The position numbers and the translations under genes are program-made. A stretch of DNA of 64,000 nucleotides from Takakia lepidozioides (taxonomy: Eukaryota; Plantae; Bryophyta), in NCBI GenBank assembly GCA_030704615.1, contig CM060734.1, forward strand, positions 28,458,001 to 28,522,000. The letters run 5' to 3'. Numbering within the stretch: the first letter of the stretch is position 1; the number at the start of each line of letters is the position of its first letter. Shown piece after piece: positions 39,327-50,910 of the stretch. The notes beneath the pieces are model-generated. The model did no database searches, was not told the origin of the DNA, and saw only the letters and a list, made by a program, of their open reading frames with translations.

Positions 39327-42300
39327 ATGATCACAGCTTATGCACAGCAGGGGCGTGGGATGGAGGCTTTGCAGACCTATGAGCAAATGATGAGGGAAGA
39401 GGTGAAGCCCGACCAGATCACCCCAGGTTCGGTTTGCAAGGTGTGTGCGAGCTTGGCATCGCTGGATAAGGGCAAAGAAGTCCATGTGTCAAAGCTGGAA
39501 TTTTACCAGATGTCATTCTGAATAGTACCCTGGTGGACATGTATGCTAAATGTGGGTGCATTGAGGATGCAAAGGGAGTGTTCGCCCTAATGGCTGAACA
39601 AAATGTGGTGTCTTGGAGTGCAATGATTGCAGGATATGCACAGCATGGTGCGCGATGGAGGGTTTGGAGACCTATGAGAAAATGGTGGGAAGGGGTGAAG
39701 CCCAATCACATCACCTTTATTTGTGTCTGCAATGCGTGTGCAAGCCCAGCAGTGCAAGCCTAACAGCCCTGGAAAAGGGCAGAGAGGTCCATGGTGACAT
39801 CATCAAAGCGGGAATTGAACCAGATATTGTTCTGAACAATACCCTCGTGGACATGTATGCCAATTGTGGGTGCATCGAGGATGCAAAGGGAGTGTTCGAC
39901 AATATGACTGAAGGAGATATGGTATCTTGTAACGCCATGATCGCAGGATATGCACAGCTTGGGCGTGGGATGGAGGCTCGGCCCTGAGATGCATACTGAA
40001 TTTTGTAAGTTAGCTCGTTGGCTTCTGAAAGAGGATAAAGAGAGGGAGTCCATAATGCCTCTTCTGGCTCTTCTGGGCATGTGAAGATGCTTTGTGAGGT
40101 AGGCAGACTGAAAGAGGCTCTACAGACTTTAAACCAACTTGGAGCATCTCAGCAGATTTAGATATGTATGTGGTACGATGCTTTGGATGAGCGAATGATG
40201 CACGAAGGGGTGAAGCCAAACCACATCACGATTGTTTGTGTTTGCAATGCGTGTGCAAGCCTGGCCCCTGGAAAAGGGGAAAAAGAGGTCCATGGTGACA
40301 TCTTCAAAGCTGTACCAGATGTCCATGGCGACATCGTCAGAGCTGGAATTGTACCAAATGCCATTCTAAACACTGCCCTTGTGGACATGTATGCAAAATA
40401 TAGGTGCATCGAGGATGCAAGGGGAGTGTTCGACACTATGGCTGAACGAGATGTGGTGTCATGGAGTGCGATGCTTGCAGGGTATGCACAGCAAGGACAT
40501 AGGAAGGAGGCTTTGGAGACCTACGAGATGTGGTGTCGTGGAGTGCGATGCTTGCAGGGTATGCATAGCAGGGACGTGGGATGGAGGCTTTGGAGACCTA
40601 TAAGCAAATGATGGGGGAAGCACATCATGTTTGTGTGCATTCGCAATGTTTTGCAAGCCTGACAGCCCTGGAGAAGGGCAAAGAGGTGCATGGGGATATC
40701 ATGAAAGCTGGAATGGTACCAAATGTCATTATGTACACTGCCGGCAGCTCTGGAAAAGGGGAAAAAGGTCCATGGCGACATCTCAAAGCTGGAATTGTAC
40801 CAGATTTCATTCTGAACAATACCCTGGTGGACATGTTTGCAAAATGTAGGTGCATCTAGGATGCAAAGGGAGTGTTCAATAGTATGGCTGAACAAGATGT
40901 GGCGTCGGGCAAGCCTGGCAGCCCTAGAGAAGGGCAAAGAGGTGCATGGGGATATCGTCAAAGCTGGAATTGTACCAAATGTCATTCTAAACAATGCCCT
41001 GGCAGCTCTGGAAAAGAGAAAAGAGGTCCATGGCGACATCTTCAGAGCTAGAATTGTACCAGATGTCATTCTGAACAATACCCTGGTGGACATGTTTGCA
41101 AAATGTGGGTGCATCTAGGATGCAAAGGGAGTGTTCGACACTATGGCTGAACGAGATGTGGTGTCGTGGAGTGCGATGCTTGCAGGGTATACATAGCAAG
41201 GACGTGGGATGGAGGCTTTGGAGACCTATGAGCAAATGATGGGGGAAACACATCATGTTTGTGTGCATTTGCAATGCTTGTGCAAGCCTGGCAGCCCTGG
41301 AGAAGGGCAAAGAGGTGCGTGGGGATATCATCGAAGCTGGAATTGTACCAAATGTCAATCTGAACACTGCCCTGGCAGCTCTGGAAAAGGGGAAAGAGGT
41401 GCATGGTGACATCTTCAGAGCTGGAATTGTACCAGATGTCATTCTGAACAAGACCATCGTGGACATGTTTGCAAAATGTGGGTGCATCTAGGATGCAAAG
41501 GGAGTGTTGAACACTACTGCTGAACGAGATGTGGTGTCGTGGAGTGCGATGCTTGCAGGGACATGGGATTGAGGCTTTGGAGACCTATGAGCAAATGATG
41601 TGCGACGGGGTGAAGCCTGACCACATCATGTTTGTGTGCGTTTGTAGTGCGTGTGCAAGCCTGGCAGTCCTAGAAAAGGGCGAAGAGGTGCATGGCGACA
41701 TCGTCTGAGCTGGAATTGTACCAGATGTGATCCTGAACACTGCCCTGGTGGACATGTATGCCAAATGTGGGTGCATGGAGGATGCACAGGGAGTGTTCGA
41801 CAATATGGCTGAACGAGATGTGGTGTCGTGGAGTGCAATGATCGCAGGATATGCACAGCATGGTTGTCATAAAGAGGTCGTGCAACTATTTGAATGAATG
41901 CAAAAGAACGGCTTGAAGCCGAGCAATATCACCTTTATATGTGTTCTCTTTGCATGCAGCCACGCTGGCCTACTGAATGAAGGAAGATGATACTTTGATT
42001 CCCTGAGTCAAGATCATGGTGTCACTCCGACAGTAAAGCACTTTGGCTGCATGGTGGACCTTCTTGGACGTGAGGGACAACCGGATGAGGCAGTGGACAT
42101 GATTAATAAAATGCCCATAAATCCAGGTGATGTGGTGTGGAAGGCCTTGCTTGGTGCTTGCAGAATCCATGGCAATGTGGTGATGGCTGAACGTGCAGCA
42201 ACATCTATCCTCATGTGGGCTGAACATATGTGTTGCTCTCAAACATCTATGCTGCAGCTGGCAGGTGGGATGATACTGCAAAGGTGAGAAGAATGATGAA

Positions 42301-42589
42301 GGTCAAAGGGGTTAGAAACGAGCCAGGTCGCTGCTACATTGAGGTTGGCAACAGGGTGCACACCTTCTTTGTAGATGACAAGTTGCATCCCAGAATTAAG
42401 GAAATCCATGCTGAGTTGAGAAGATTGGCTGGGAAGGTGAAGGAGGCGGGGTATGTGCCCGACAGAGGTTTTGTATTACATGATGTGGGGGAGGAGGAAA
42501 AGGAATTTTCTCTTTGCCACCGCAGTGAAAAGCTGGCCATTGGTTTTGGCATATCCACGGGAAATGATAGTGGGGTCTACCCAGCATAG
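39327..42589 (+). pseudogene. PLS-class PPR-E/DYW pseudogene copy 2
   Basis: Colinear with 3819-9078 from ~39967 onward. Same TAG stop (3 units only) and same truncation after SEKLAIGFGIS. Confidence 0.9.
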
Positions 42590-42734
42590 GTGGGAAGTCA
42601 GCCCATAATTGCACTTGACTGAAGGGGTGATATTGGACTGACTTTGGTGACAATGGATGGAATCAGAGTGCTGTCCTAATTCTGGGTTTGGGTGGTATGG
42701 CTGAACGAGATGTGGTGACGTGTTTGCTGCATGA

Positions 42735-44870
42735 ATTCTAGGCTGTCATTGTCAGTCGCTAGCAACAAGACAAGGATGTATGCATGATTTGTGCAGAGGC
42801 ATGGATAGCTGAAGGAGCAGGGATGGAGTGTGGGTTTTGATCCATCCAAGAGGGCCGGATTTCAAGCTTCAGATCACCTATGACTCCATGTGGAAGGATA
42901 GCTACAAAAAACATGCATGGGTAGATGGTCAACTGGAAGCCGCAGCAGCATCAGCACGATTGATAAAATCAGGCACTGCTCATGAAGGCACCTTTTTCAA
43001 CACGTTTCACCCTGTTTTTCCCTCTGATGAGAATCGGCCCTAAATGTTGAATTCTGCAAATTAGCTGGTTGAGTGAACCTTAAATAGTTTGGAGTGACTT
43101 TGACATGATACTGCCAATGTGACAACAGGATTAGTATCCAGAATCAGGTAACAGAGACAAGGAGAAGCTGTGGAATGAATTCTTTTCTGACCCAGTCAAC
43201 GGTGGGACAATCGAGCAAAAAGGTGAATGCCTGTTGAATTATAAAGAGTAGCAGATGCAATTGAGCATAAGAACTAGAGTGATAAGTTGAGTTGGGTGTT
43301 TCCTAGAACAGATGTAGGCTGTCATTGTCAGCTTATAGCAGCAAGGCAAGGATGTATGCATGATTTGTGCAGAGGCATGGATAGCTGAAGGAGCAGGGAT
43401 AGAGTGTGGGTCCAGATTCATCCAAGATGGCCGCATTTCAAGCTCCACATTACCTACGATTCCTTGTGGAAGGATAGCTACAAGAAACCTGCATGGGTAG
43501 ATGGTCAACTAGAAGCCACAGCAGCAGCGGCGGCACAATTGATAAATCAGACACTGCTAATGAGGGCACCTTCTTCAACACATTTCACCCTGTTTTTTCC
43601 TCTTATCAGAATCCTTCTTCTTCCATGTTGAATTCTGCAAGTTAGCTGGTTGAGTGAACCTTTGATAGTTTGGAGTGACTTTGACATGATACTGCCAAAG
43701 TGACAACAGTAAAGTATCCAGAAACAGGTAACAGAGATGATGAGAAGTTGTGGAATGAGTACTTTTCTGACCCCAGTCAGTGATGGGACAACTGAGGCAA
43801 AAACGTAAATGCCTGTATAATTACAGAGAGTTGCAAACGCAATTCAGCATAGGAATGAGTGTGATAAGCTGAGTTGGGTGTTTCCTAGAACAAATGTAGG
43901 TTGTCATTGTCAGTTGCTAGCAGCAAGGCAAGGATGTATGCATGATTTGTGCAGAGGCATGGATGGTTGAAGGAGCAGGGATAGAGTGTGGGTCTAGATT
44001 CATCCAAGAGGGCCGGATTTCAACCTCCGGATTATCTATGATTCCCTGTGGAAGGATAGCTACAACAAACCTGCATGGGAAGATGGTCAACTGGAAGCCG
44101 CAGCAGCAGCGGGACAATTGATAAAATCAGGCACTACTAATGAAGGCACCTTCTTCAACACATTTCACCCTGTTTTTCCCTCTTATCAGAACCAGCCCTA
44201 AATTTCCATGTTGAATTCTTCAAGTTAGCTGGTTGAGTGAATCTAGTTTGGAGTGACTTTGACATGATACTGCCAATGTGACACCAGGAAAGTATCGGAA
44301 AACAGGTAACAGAGATGAGGAGAAGCTGGGGAATGAACACATTTCTGACCCCAGTCAACGGTGGGACAATCGAGACCAAAAGGTGAATGCCTGTTAGATT
44401 ATAGAGAGTAGCCGACACAATTCAGCATAGGAACTAAGAGTGATAAGCTAAGTTGGGTGTTTCCTAGAACAACTCTATGCTGTCATTGTCATCTGCTAGC
44501 AACAAGTGCAAGGATGGATGCATGATTTGTGCAGACGCATGGATAGCTGAAGGAGCAAGGATAGAGTGTGGGTCCAGATTCATCCAAGAGGGCCGGATTT
44601 CAAGCTCCAGATTACCTATGATTCCTTGTGGAAGGGAAACCTGCATGGGAAGATGGTCAACTGGAAGGCACAATTCATAAAATCAGTCACTGCTAATCAA
44701 GGCCCTTCTTCAACACACTTCACCATGTTTTCCCCTCTTATTAGAATCGAGCCTAAATTTGCATGTTGAATTCTGCAAGTTAGTTGGTTGAGTGAATCTT
44801 TGATAGTTTGGAGTGACTTTGACATGATACTGCCAAAGTGACAACACAAAAGTATCCAAAAACAGGTTCC
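42735..44870 (+). repeat. ~570-bp repeat family, 4 direct tandem copies
   Basis: Same family as 9225-10790, with all units in direct orientation. Confidence 0.85.
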
Positions 44871-44996
44871 AATCTTGGTCGTTATGGACTCATGGATTTG
44901 TGCATTGTATGGGGCAGGTTTGAGGTGTTATCTTAATACATTGTCACGTGCTCTTCTTCATGCATGAGTTCATTTTATTTCGTGCATTGGTCCTTG

Positions 44997-45234
44997 AAGG
45001 TAACCGCTACATACGGTCGCTACTACGAGTCCAGCACTCCGAGACGTAGTTCACAACTTTTCAGTCTGACCGTGCAGTTGTTGAAACGACTTGCTAGTCA
45101 TTTTTGAACTAGTGGTTAGTGCTCATGCAGTACGAGATTGTAACTATTCAGCAGCGTGAAGCAACTTTTTTTTACTGAAACGACTGGGTTTCCAGTCGTT
45201 TTTTGAGTCGTTATTTCGGCGATTCCTTGTAGTG
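44997..45234. mobile_element. CACTA terminal fragment (right end)
   Basis: Homologous to 11290-11812 with an internal deletion. It ends ATTCCTTGTAGTG, and similarity to copy 1 stops exactly there. Confidence 0.7.
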
Positions 45235-45443
45235 CAACAATGACCTCTTCACGAGTTCTGCTTTGGAGTACGAGAAGTCTCATCATCAAATTGGCTTTTT
45301 CTTCTTGCATGCGCACGGACAAAGAAATGGTAGCATTGAGGGCATCAGACAACAACCAGTGACTTGATTGATTAAGAATCAATCAATCACCACATGGTTT
45401 AAAGAAGTTGTAACTGCTTCGGCAATAGCCTATACTTGAGGCT
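45235..45443 (-). pseudogene. Relic DNA-transposase (hAT-like) fragment, downstream part; target of the MULE insertion
   Basis: KPQV*AIAEAVTTSLNHVV...NQSSHWLLSDAL continues in frame from 62772-63010. Confidence 0.5.
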
Positions 45444-45862
45444 CAGCGTAGCTACGGCGTGAGCCCAGCCCCGTGAGCCTGGGAGCTGAGCTCACGTTGT
45501 AGCTGCAAAGCGTGAGCTGAGCTCACGCTTCAAGGAAGCGTGAGTGGCACAAATCTGCTGGAGAAGCAGGTCCTATAGGCGAGGATTGCAAGAAGAGGGC
45601 CTATTACCGTGGACAAAACAAAGGGGGCCACCATGCACCATGTCTGCAATGCCTGCACAAAAAGAGGAATATGAAAATATGGCAGAATTGAGCTCAGAAT
45701 GATTGACACACTTTATTTCAATTCACATATAGACGCTTACAATGAATGGCATGTGCATTTGCCCTAGTTCCGTGAACGAAATGTATGTGTTTGTCCTAAA
45801 TGCAAAGTCTTCACACAGTAACCTGGAAACCAGCGTGGGAAGCGGGCATGGCTCGTATGTGT

Positions 45863-48800
45863 TCAAAGAGAATTTGGCGGAGCCCTACGTGAGGTGTCCC
45901 GCTGCAAAAGGGTGATGACTTCTCCGTAGCCTAGTGTGGCTTGGTGAATGAATTGGTCTCTCTTACCGTCGCAACATAATTACAAGGTATATGTAATATT
46001 GATGCTTGCAGGGGACCCACTTCCCTCTCATGCCGAGAGCGCCCTCACGAATCGTTACAAAATCCGGACAAGTGCAAGTAGGGAAATTCCCCACGGTAAC
46101 CTAATATTCTTTGCCATGAAGAACTGAGCCAATAGACAGCACTGTGTAAATCCGTCCATACCCCGGGCAGGGACTTCGGTGATACGAGCCACCCGAGCCT
46201 GCAAAATTCTAGCCGATTCCATCTTGCATTCGTGATCTGCACCCGAAGCAACACGGCGCACTGTTTTTCCATCTCTTTTTGTTGGGTGGGAGTCGACACC
46301 GGGTGGAGGCATTGCCGGAGCATGTGGCACATCTGTGCCGACAGTGCACAAGGGCACCACCCGGGACCGTGCAAGACAAAACCCTCCCTCCTCCAGCATG
46401 CTTATCTCGGTTGTTGACAGCGACGTCCCAAGTTTCACAGGCCAAATTGCGGGGGAGGGGGTTTCATTATCACCGAAGGACAAACTGTTCCCTTGACGCA
46501 TCATGCCATATCGTCTGGGCAGACCAGAACTTGTGGTCCTTTGACTCCCCACTATGATAAGGTCGGAACAACCCTGTGAATGTTGGAGCTGGAGTCCCCC
46601 TGGAGCCTTTGCATATTTTTGATTTGCATTTCTTGAAAGAGGGGGTCCGAATTGCCATGCAAGCAACTCTAGATCCTGGTGGGGTGCGTTCTATATGCCA
46701 CTCACTATCAATGCAATCAGATTCCTGCACCATGGCCACCACCTCCTCCAATGGGATTCCTGCTGCTGTGCTTGCATGTTCTGCACCTGCTCCACTGGAG
46801 GAGGACCCACCTGGGAAGGGGCTGGCACACGACTTACTCTGCACTGGAGACACCTTTGGCACAGAAAAATTGACCTGTCTGGGCGATGGGAATCTCCATC
46901 TGACCCTGGAAGAGTGTTCAATTTCCTTTTGCATGATCCAAATCTTTCCTCGCCTTCCAAATGAGGGAGCCTGGATTGCAAAGGGGAGCCTTCAGTGCAC
47001 CTGTTCAGAGCTCTGGCCATCTTTGATGAGTCTCCGGACCTACTCGCAGCCCTTAGCATCAACAAAGTTGTACCGGGGCCCTTGCCTCCACCCCGTCCCA
47101 TCAGAAAATTGCGGTACCTGGTTTGTTGTGTAAGTGCCCGCACCATGTCATCAGCAGTGGCCACATACAAGTCACGACCTGCTTTGGTAGATTGCTGCAT
47201 CCAGGCGTTGTGAACAGTCTCTGCCAAATTACAGGATGGCATGTCGGCCAAGTCCTCCAAGGACATGTCCTGTAGGAGGCATTGCATGGAAATGTGAGGA
47301 ACAAAAGGAAATGGAAGAGGTTCTGCAAGCGACAATCCAAGAACCCCAAATGAACAGGCACAATGCAAACTTTGTGTTTTTGGGATTGAAGAGGCTTACC
47401 GTCGTCATGAAAGCTCCCCACTGTCTGTACCTGAAGTGCCAGAAAACCAACCAGTTCTCCAACCCCTTCAGGTGGATACCAGTAGCAGCACCAGAGGAGA
47501 ACCACCAAGCCCGGATTGCCTGGTAAGTGCTCTCAGCTTCTCCCATTGAGGTGGCATTTTTGTACTTGAGACAGAGCCTTCTGTGCTCTAACTGAAGGTC
47601 AGGGCAAATGCAGCGCTTTGTATGGCGTGCCAGAGATTGACTCCAATGGAAGAGGCATGTGCGCTCCCTATTTTCCATTGGGACCTTAGGATCCCCCGAA
47701 CCAAACACGCGCCGCACTGCATTGAAATTTGCCTGTGCACTATCAGCCATGAAGCCCGCAAAATTTGTGTTCTGTATTCCATTGCGTTGCATGACGGCCA
47801 GGAGCAAATTCCACATGAGCATCTGGGATTCAATGTCCTCCGACTGCATATCACAAATTGCTATTGAGAGCACACGCTGGTACGCTGGTCATACACATGG
47901 CACGCCATGGTTGTCCAACCCTTCACCCGTTTGCAATGATCAAACATCAACCAACATTTAGCCAAATCTCCTCCAGGTTGCATTCGGCGGACAATGCTCA
48001 CACCACTGCCTTCGCCCACTGCGGACATCTTGAACAAATACACCTTGGACGAGCCCTGGCCAGGGAAGATATGTTTTGAATGAATTCATAGCGACTTCTC
48101 CTTTTGAGGTCCATAATGTTGTCCATGAATCCAGCAGTGCCTGTGCCGACTCTGAGTGCATTCACCTGGTTTCGAATATTGGGAGAGTTCAACACGGAAA
48201 AATGGTCCATCAGTGCATCAAGCAAATCTGCATCTTGCATTGGTTGTGTCGAATCCCCTTCACCCAGTATGTGTTTTTCCAGGAAAGCCTTGCTAGCTGC
48301 AAGCGCTATATCAGAAGGTGTTGCACAAGGGGCATTGTGGAACTCCTGCTTCAGCAGATTTCTAGCGATGTCCACGCTATCCCTGCAACTTCCTTTGGAC
48401 ACATGATGCTCGTGTGCACCCATATGAATGCAGGCACGAGTCATTGTCTTGCATCGGTGTGCCACCTGGTACATACGAGCATGGCACACAGAAACACAGG
48501 ACGGGGAAAGTTTGCAGAACCTGCACACAAAAGTATTGGTCTTTGGAGGGGCAAGTCCTGGGGTGAAAGGATTCAGGGGCACACCTTCCCACTCACTTTC
48601 GTTTGGTTGAGCGCTATTTCTCATCCGAGGGCAAGAAATATTCAGGCACTTGCAATGCCCAACGCAAACCGACCTTCGAAATTTCAATCCAATGTCATTG
48701 TGGATGTTCGACGTTTTTGTCCTGCACCAAGGGTGTCCGTCATGTTTCTTGTCCATGCCCTGCAGAAGCCCAGCCAGTCCATAGGAAGACGTGGAAGGGT

Positions 48801-49512
48801 TGAGCTCAAACAAGATGTCCCCATCAAACTCTGCTGGCACGTATTGAACCCGCTGCACACGAAGGGACTCCCAATCAACAAAACGCAGCTCGCTCTTGCA
48901 CCCAGGCACCCCTGCGAGGGCTTTCAATTTTGGGAATGACACTCGTTATCTCTTGCAATTCGTCATCATCCAAGAATGGAGTCTGCACTGGCGGAGGAAT
49001 CTCAGAAACATCCTCCGAGGACGAGTCTGAAAGAGTCACGAATGTAGTGGATGTGCTCACCTCTTGTTTCACATGAACTGTGCCCTTTTGCTGCACGACC
49101 GATGCTGCAGTTCCAGGGGTAATGACTGATCCTGCTGATTGTCTTCTCTCTTTTCCAAGGACACGGTATGTGCCTGGAAGGACTCTCCACTTCCTTCCAC
49201 ACTCGCCAACCAATGGTTTCTCCAAGTGTCCAGAATCCAATTTCCCATCCTCGTCATACACCTCTTTTTGAACAAGCAGAGAACCCAATTCCAGTGGGAA
49301 CACTGTAACCAGCTCATCCTCATGAAGAACTGCAAACCCATCGTCGTCTGCAGTGGCAGTCAGTGGAAGACTACCTGCATTGGAATGAAATCGGGCGATT
49401 TCTTGGATAATACAAAGACGCCGAAATGGATGAATTCCGTTCGCACACAATAACAACACCCGCATCCAAATACGGTTGACAATGTCCAATTTTGATTTTG
49501 GTTACATGTCAT
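45863..49512 (-). pseudogene. MULE DDE transposase with GCM/WRKY-like Zn domain and SWIM finger (frameshifted; at least one intron)
   Basis: DGHPWCRTKTSN..FRRSVCVGHCKCLNISC (Zn DNA-binding-like); WLMFDH (D1), FMADSAQAN (D2), CLFHW (CxxH), CNLAETVH (E); CTCPDF...WVPCKHQYY (SWIM). The start is approximate. Confidence 0.85.
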
Positions 49513-49950
49513 AGCAACCCTTGTTGCAAACGTCAAACTGGAGAGCTCTAGAGGCATCGTGGGGAGCCCTTGTTTCCAGCGGAGGAGGAAGAGAAGGAAG
49601 TCATTATACTTCACGAGCTCTAGAAACAGGAATAGAGCCAGATATAGAATGAGGATGGAAAGAGTGGACGAAGAGGAAAAGGCGGAAGAAGAGGGCAAAG
49701 AGGAAAGTATGGCAATGGAAGAGCAGGAATCCGGAGAAGAACAGCAGCCTGCCATAGTTCCAAGAATAGGTGAGGAGGACACTACATCCGAGGGAGAGAC
49801 AGACGCCGAAGATGATGTTGATGCTGGCCTCACGAAGAACCTCATAGTGGAAGAGAGGATGGGGGATGCTCCAGAACATGCGATGCGTGGAGAGCAGTCC
49901 GAAGCGCAAAGGGTCCCCGGCGATTGTGGAGTCTTCTGGAGCAGCCAAAA

Positions 49951-50910
49951 ACGCACACTGTTTGAGCCCACCTTCTCATTGTTTTTTCGATTGAAAATCG
50001 GCCACACAGGGCATGTAACTGAGGATCAATGAACACTTACCTAGCAGCTGAAACAGTGTGCATTGGCGCACACTGTTTGAGCCCAACTTCTCATTATTTT
50101 TTCATCTGAAAAAGGCCACAAACAGCATGTATTTGAGGATCAATCATCACATACTTGGCAGCTCAAACAGTGTGTGTCAACGCACACTGTTTGAGCTCAC
50201 CTTGTCATTGCCTTTGTCATCTGAATCGGCCCACATAGCGTATGTATTTGAGGATCAATCATCACTTACCTGGCAGCTCAAACAGTGTGCGTCAACGCAC
50301 ACTGTTTGAGCTCACCTTCTCATTATTTGTCATCTGAAAAAGGCCACAAAGGGCATGTATTTGAGGATCAATCATCACTTACCTGGCAGCTCAAAGAGTG
50401 TGCGTCAACGCACACTCTTTGCGCTCACCTTGTCATTGCCTTTCTCATCTGAAAATCGGCCACATAGGGTATGTATTTGAGGATCAATTATCACTTACCT
50501 GGCAGCTCAAACAGTGTGCGTCAACGCACACTGTTTGAGCTCACATTTTCTTTGTTTTTTTCATCTGAAAATTGGCCACTAAGGGCATGTCTTTGAGGTT
50601 CAATGAACACTTACCTGGCATGACTCTGAGGTTCAATGAATACTTACCTGACAGCTCAAACTGTGTGCGTCAACGTACACTGTTTGAGCCCACCTTGTCA
50701 TTGTTTTTTTCCTGTGAAATTCGGCATCATGGGGCATGTCTTTGAGGTTGAATGCACACTTACCAGGCAGCTCAAACAGTGTGCGTCAACGCACACTGTT
50801 TGAGCCCACCTTGTCATTGCTTTTTTCATTTGAATAGGGCCAAATATCATGTTCAAAACACTTGAATTTGGAAGCTGAAACATTGTGCGGCAACGCATGG
50901 TGTTTTCGGC
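49951..50910. repeat. Tandem array (~115-bp period) of 36-bp palindromes GCTCAAACAGTGTGCGT-CA-ACGCACACTGTTTGAGC
   Basis: Palindromes start at 50047, 50161, 50276, 50389, 50505, 50654, 50770 and (degenerate) 50874, with a half-site at 49951. Confidence 0.95.

Noticed and set aside
3793-45234. A single 41-kb CACTA macro-element enclosing the host genes
   Set aside because: The flanks CAT/CAA are not a TSD, and the enclosed genes look like ordinary intact loci.
48076-48939. 287-aa plus-strand ORF
   Set aside because: Antisense shadow of the transposase, with no recognisable motifs.
50635-50655. ATACTTACCTG matches the U1 snRNA 5' end
   Set aside because: No U1 stem-loops or Sm site follow, and the motif is part of the repeat unit.
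49951-50910. CRISPR-like appearance (36-bp palindromic repeats with spacers)
   Set aside because: The spacers are ~80 bp and homologous to one another, there are no cas genes, and the context is eukaryotic. It is a tandem repeat.
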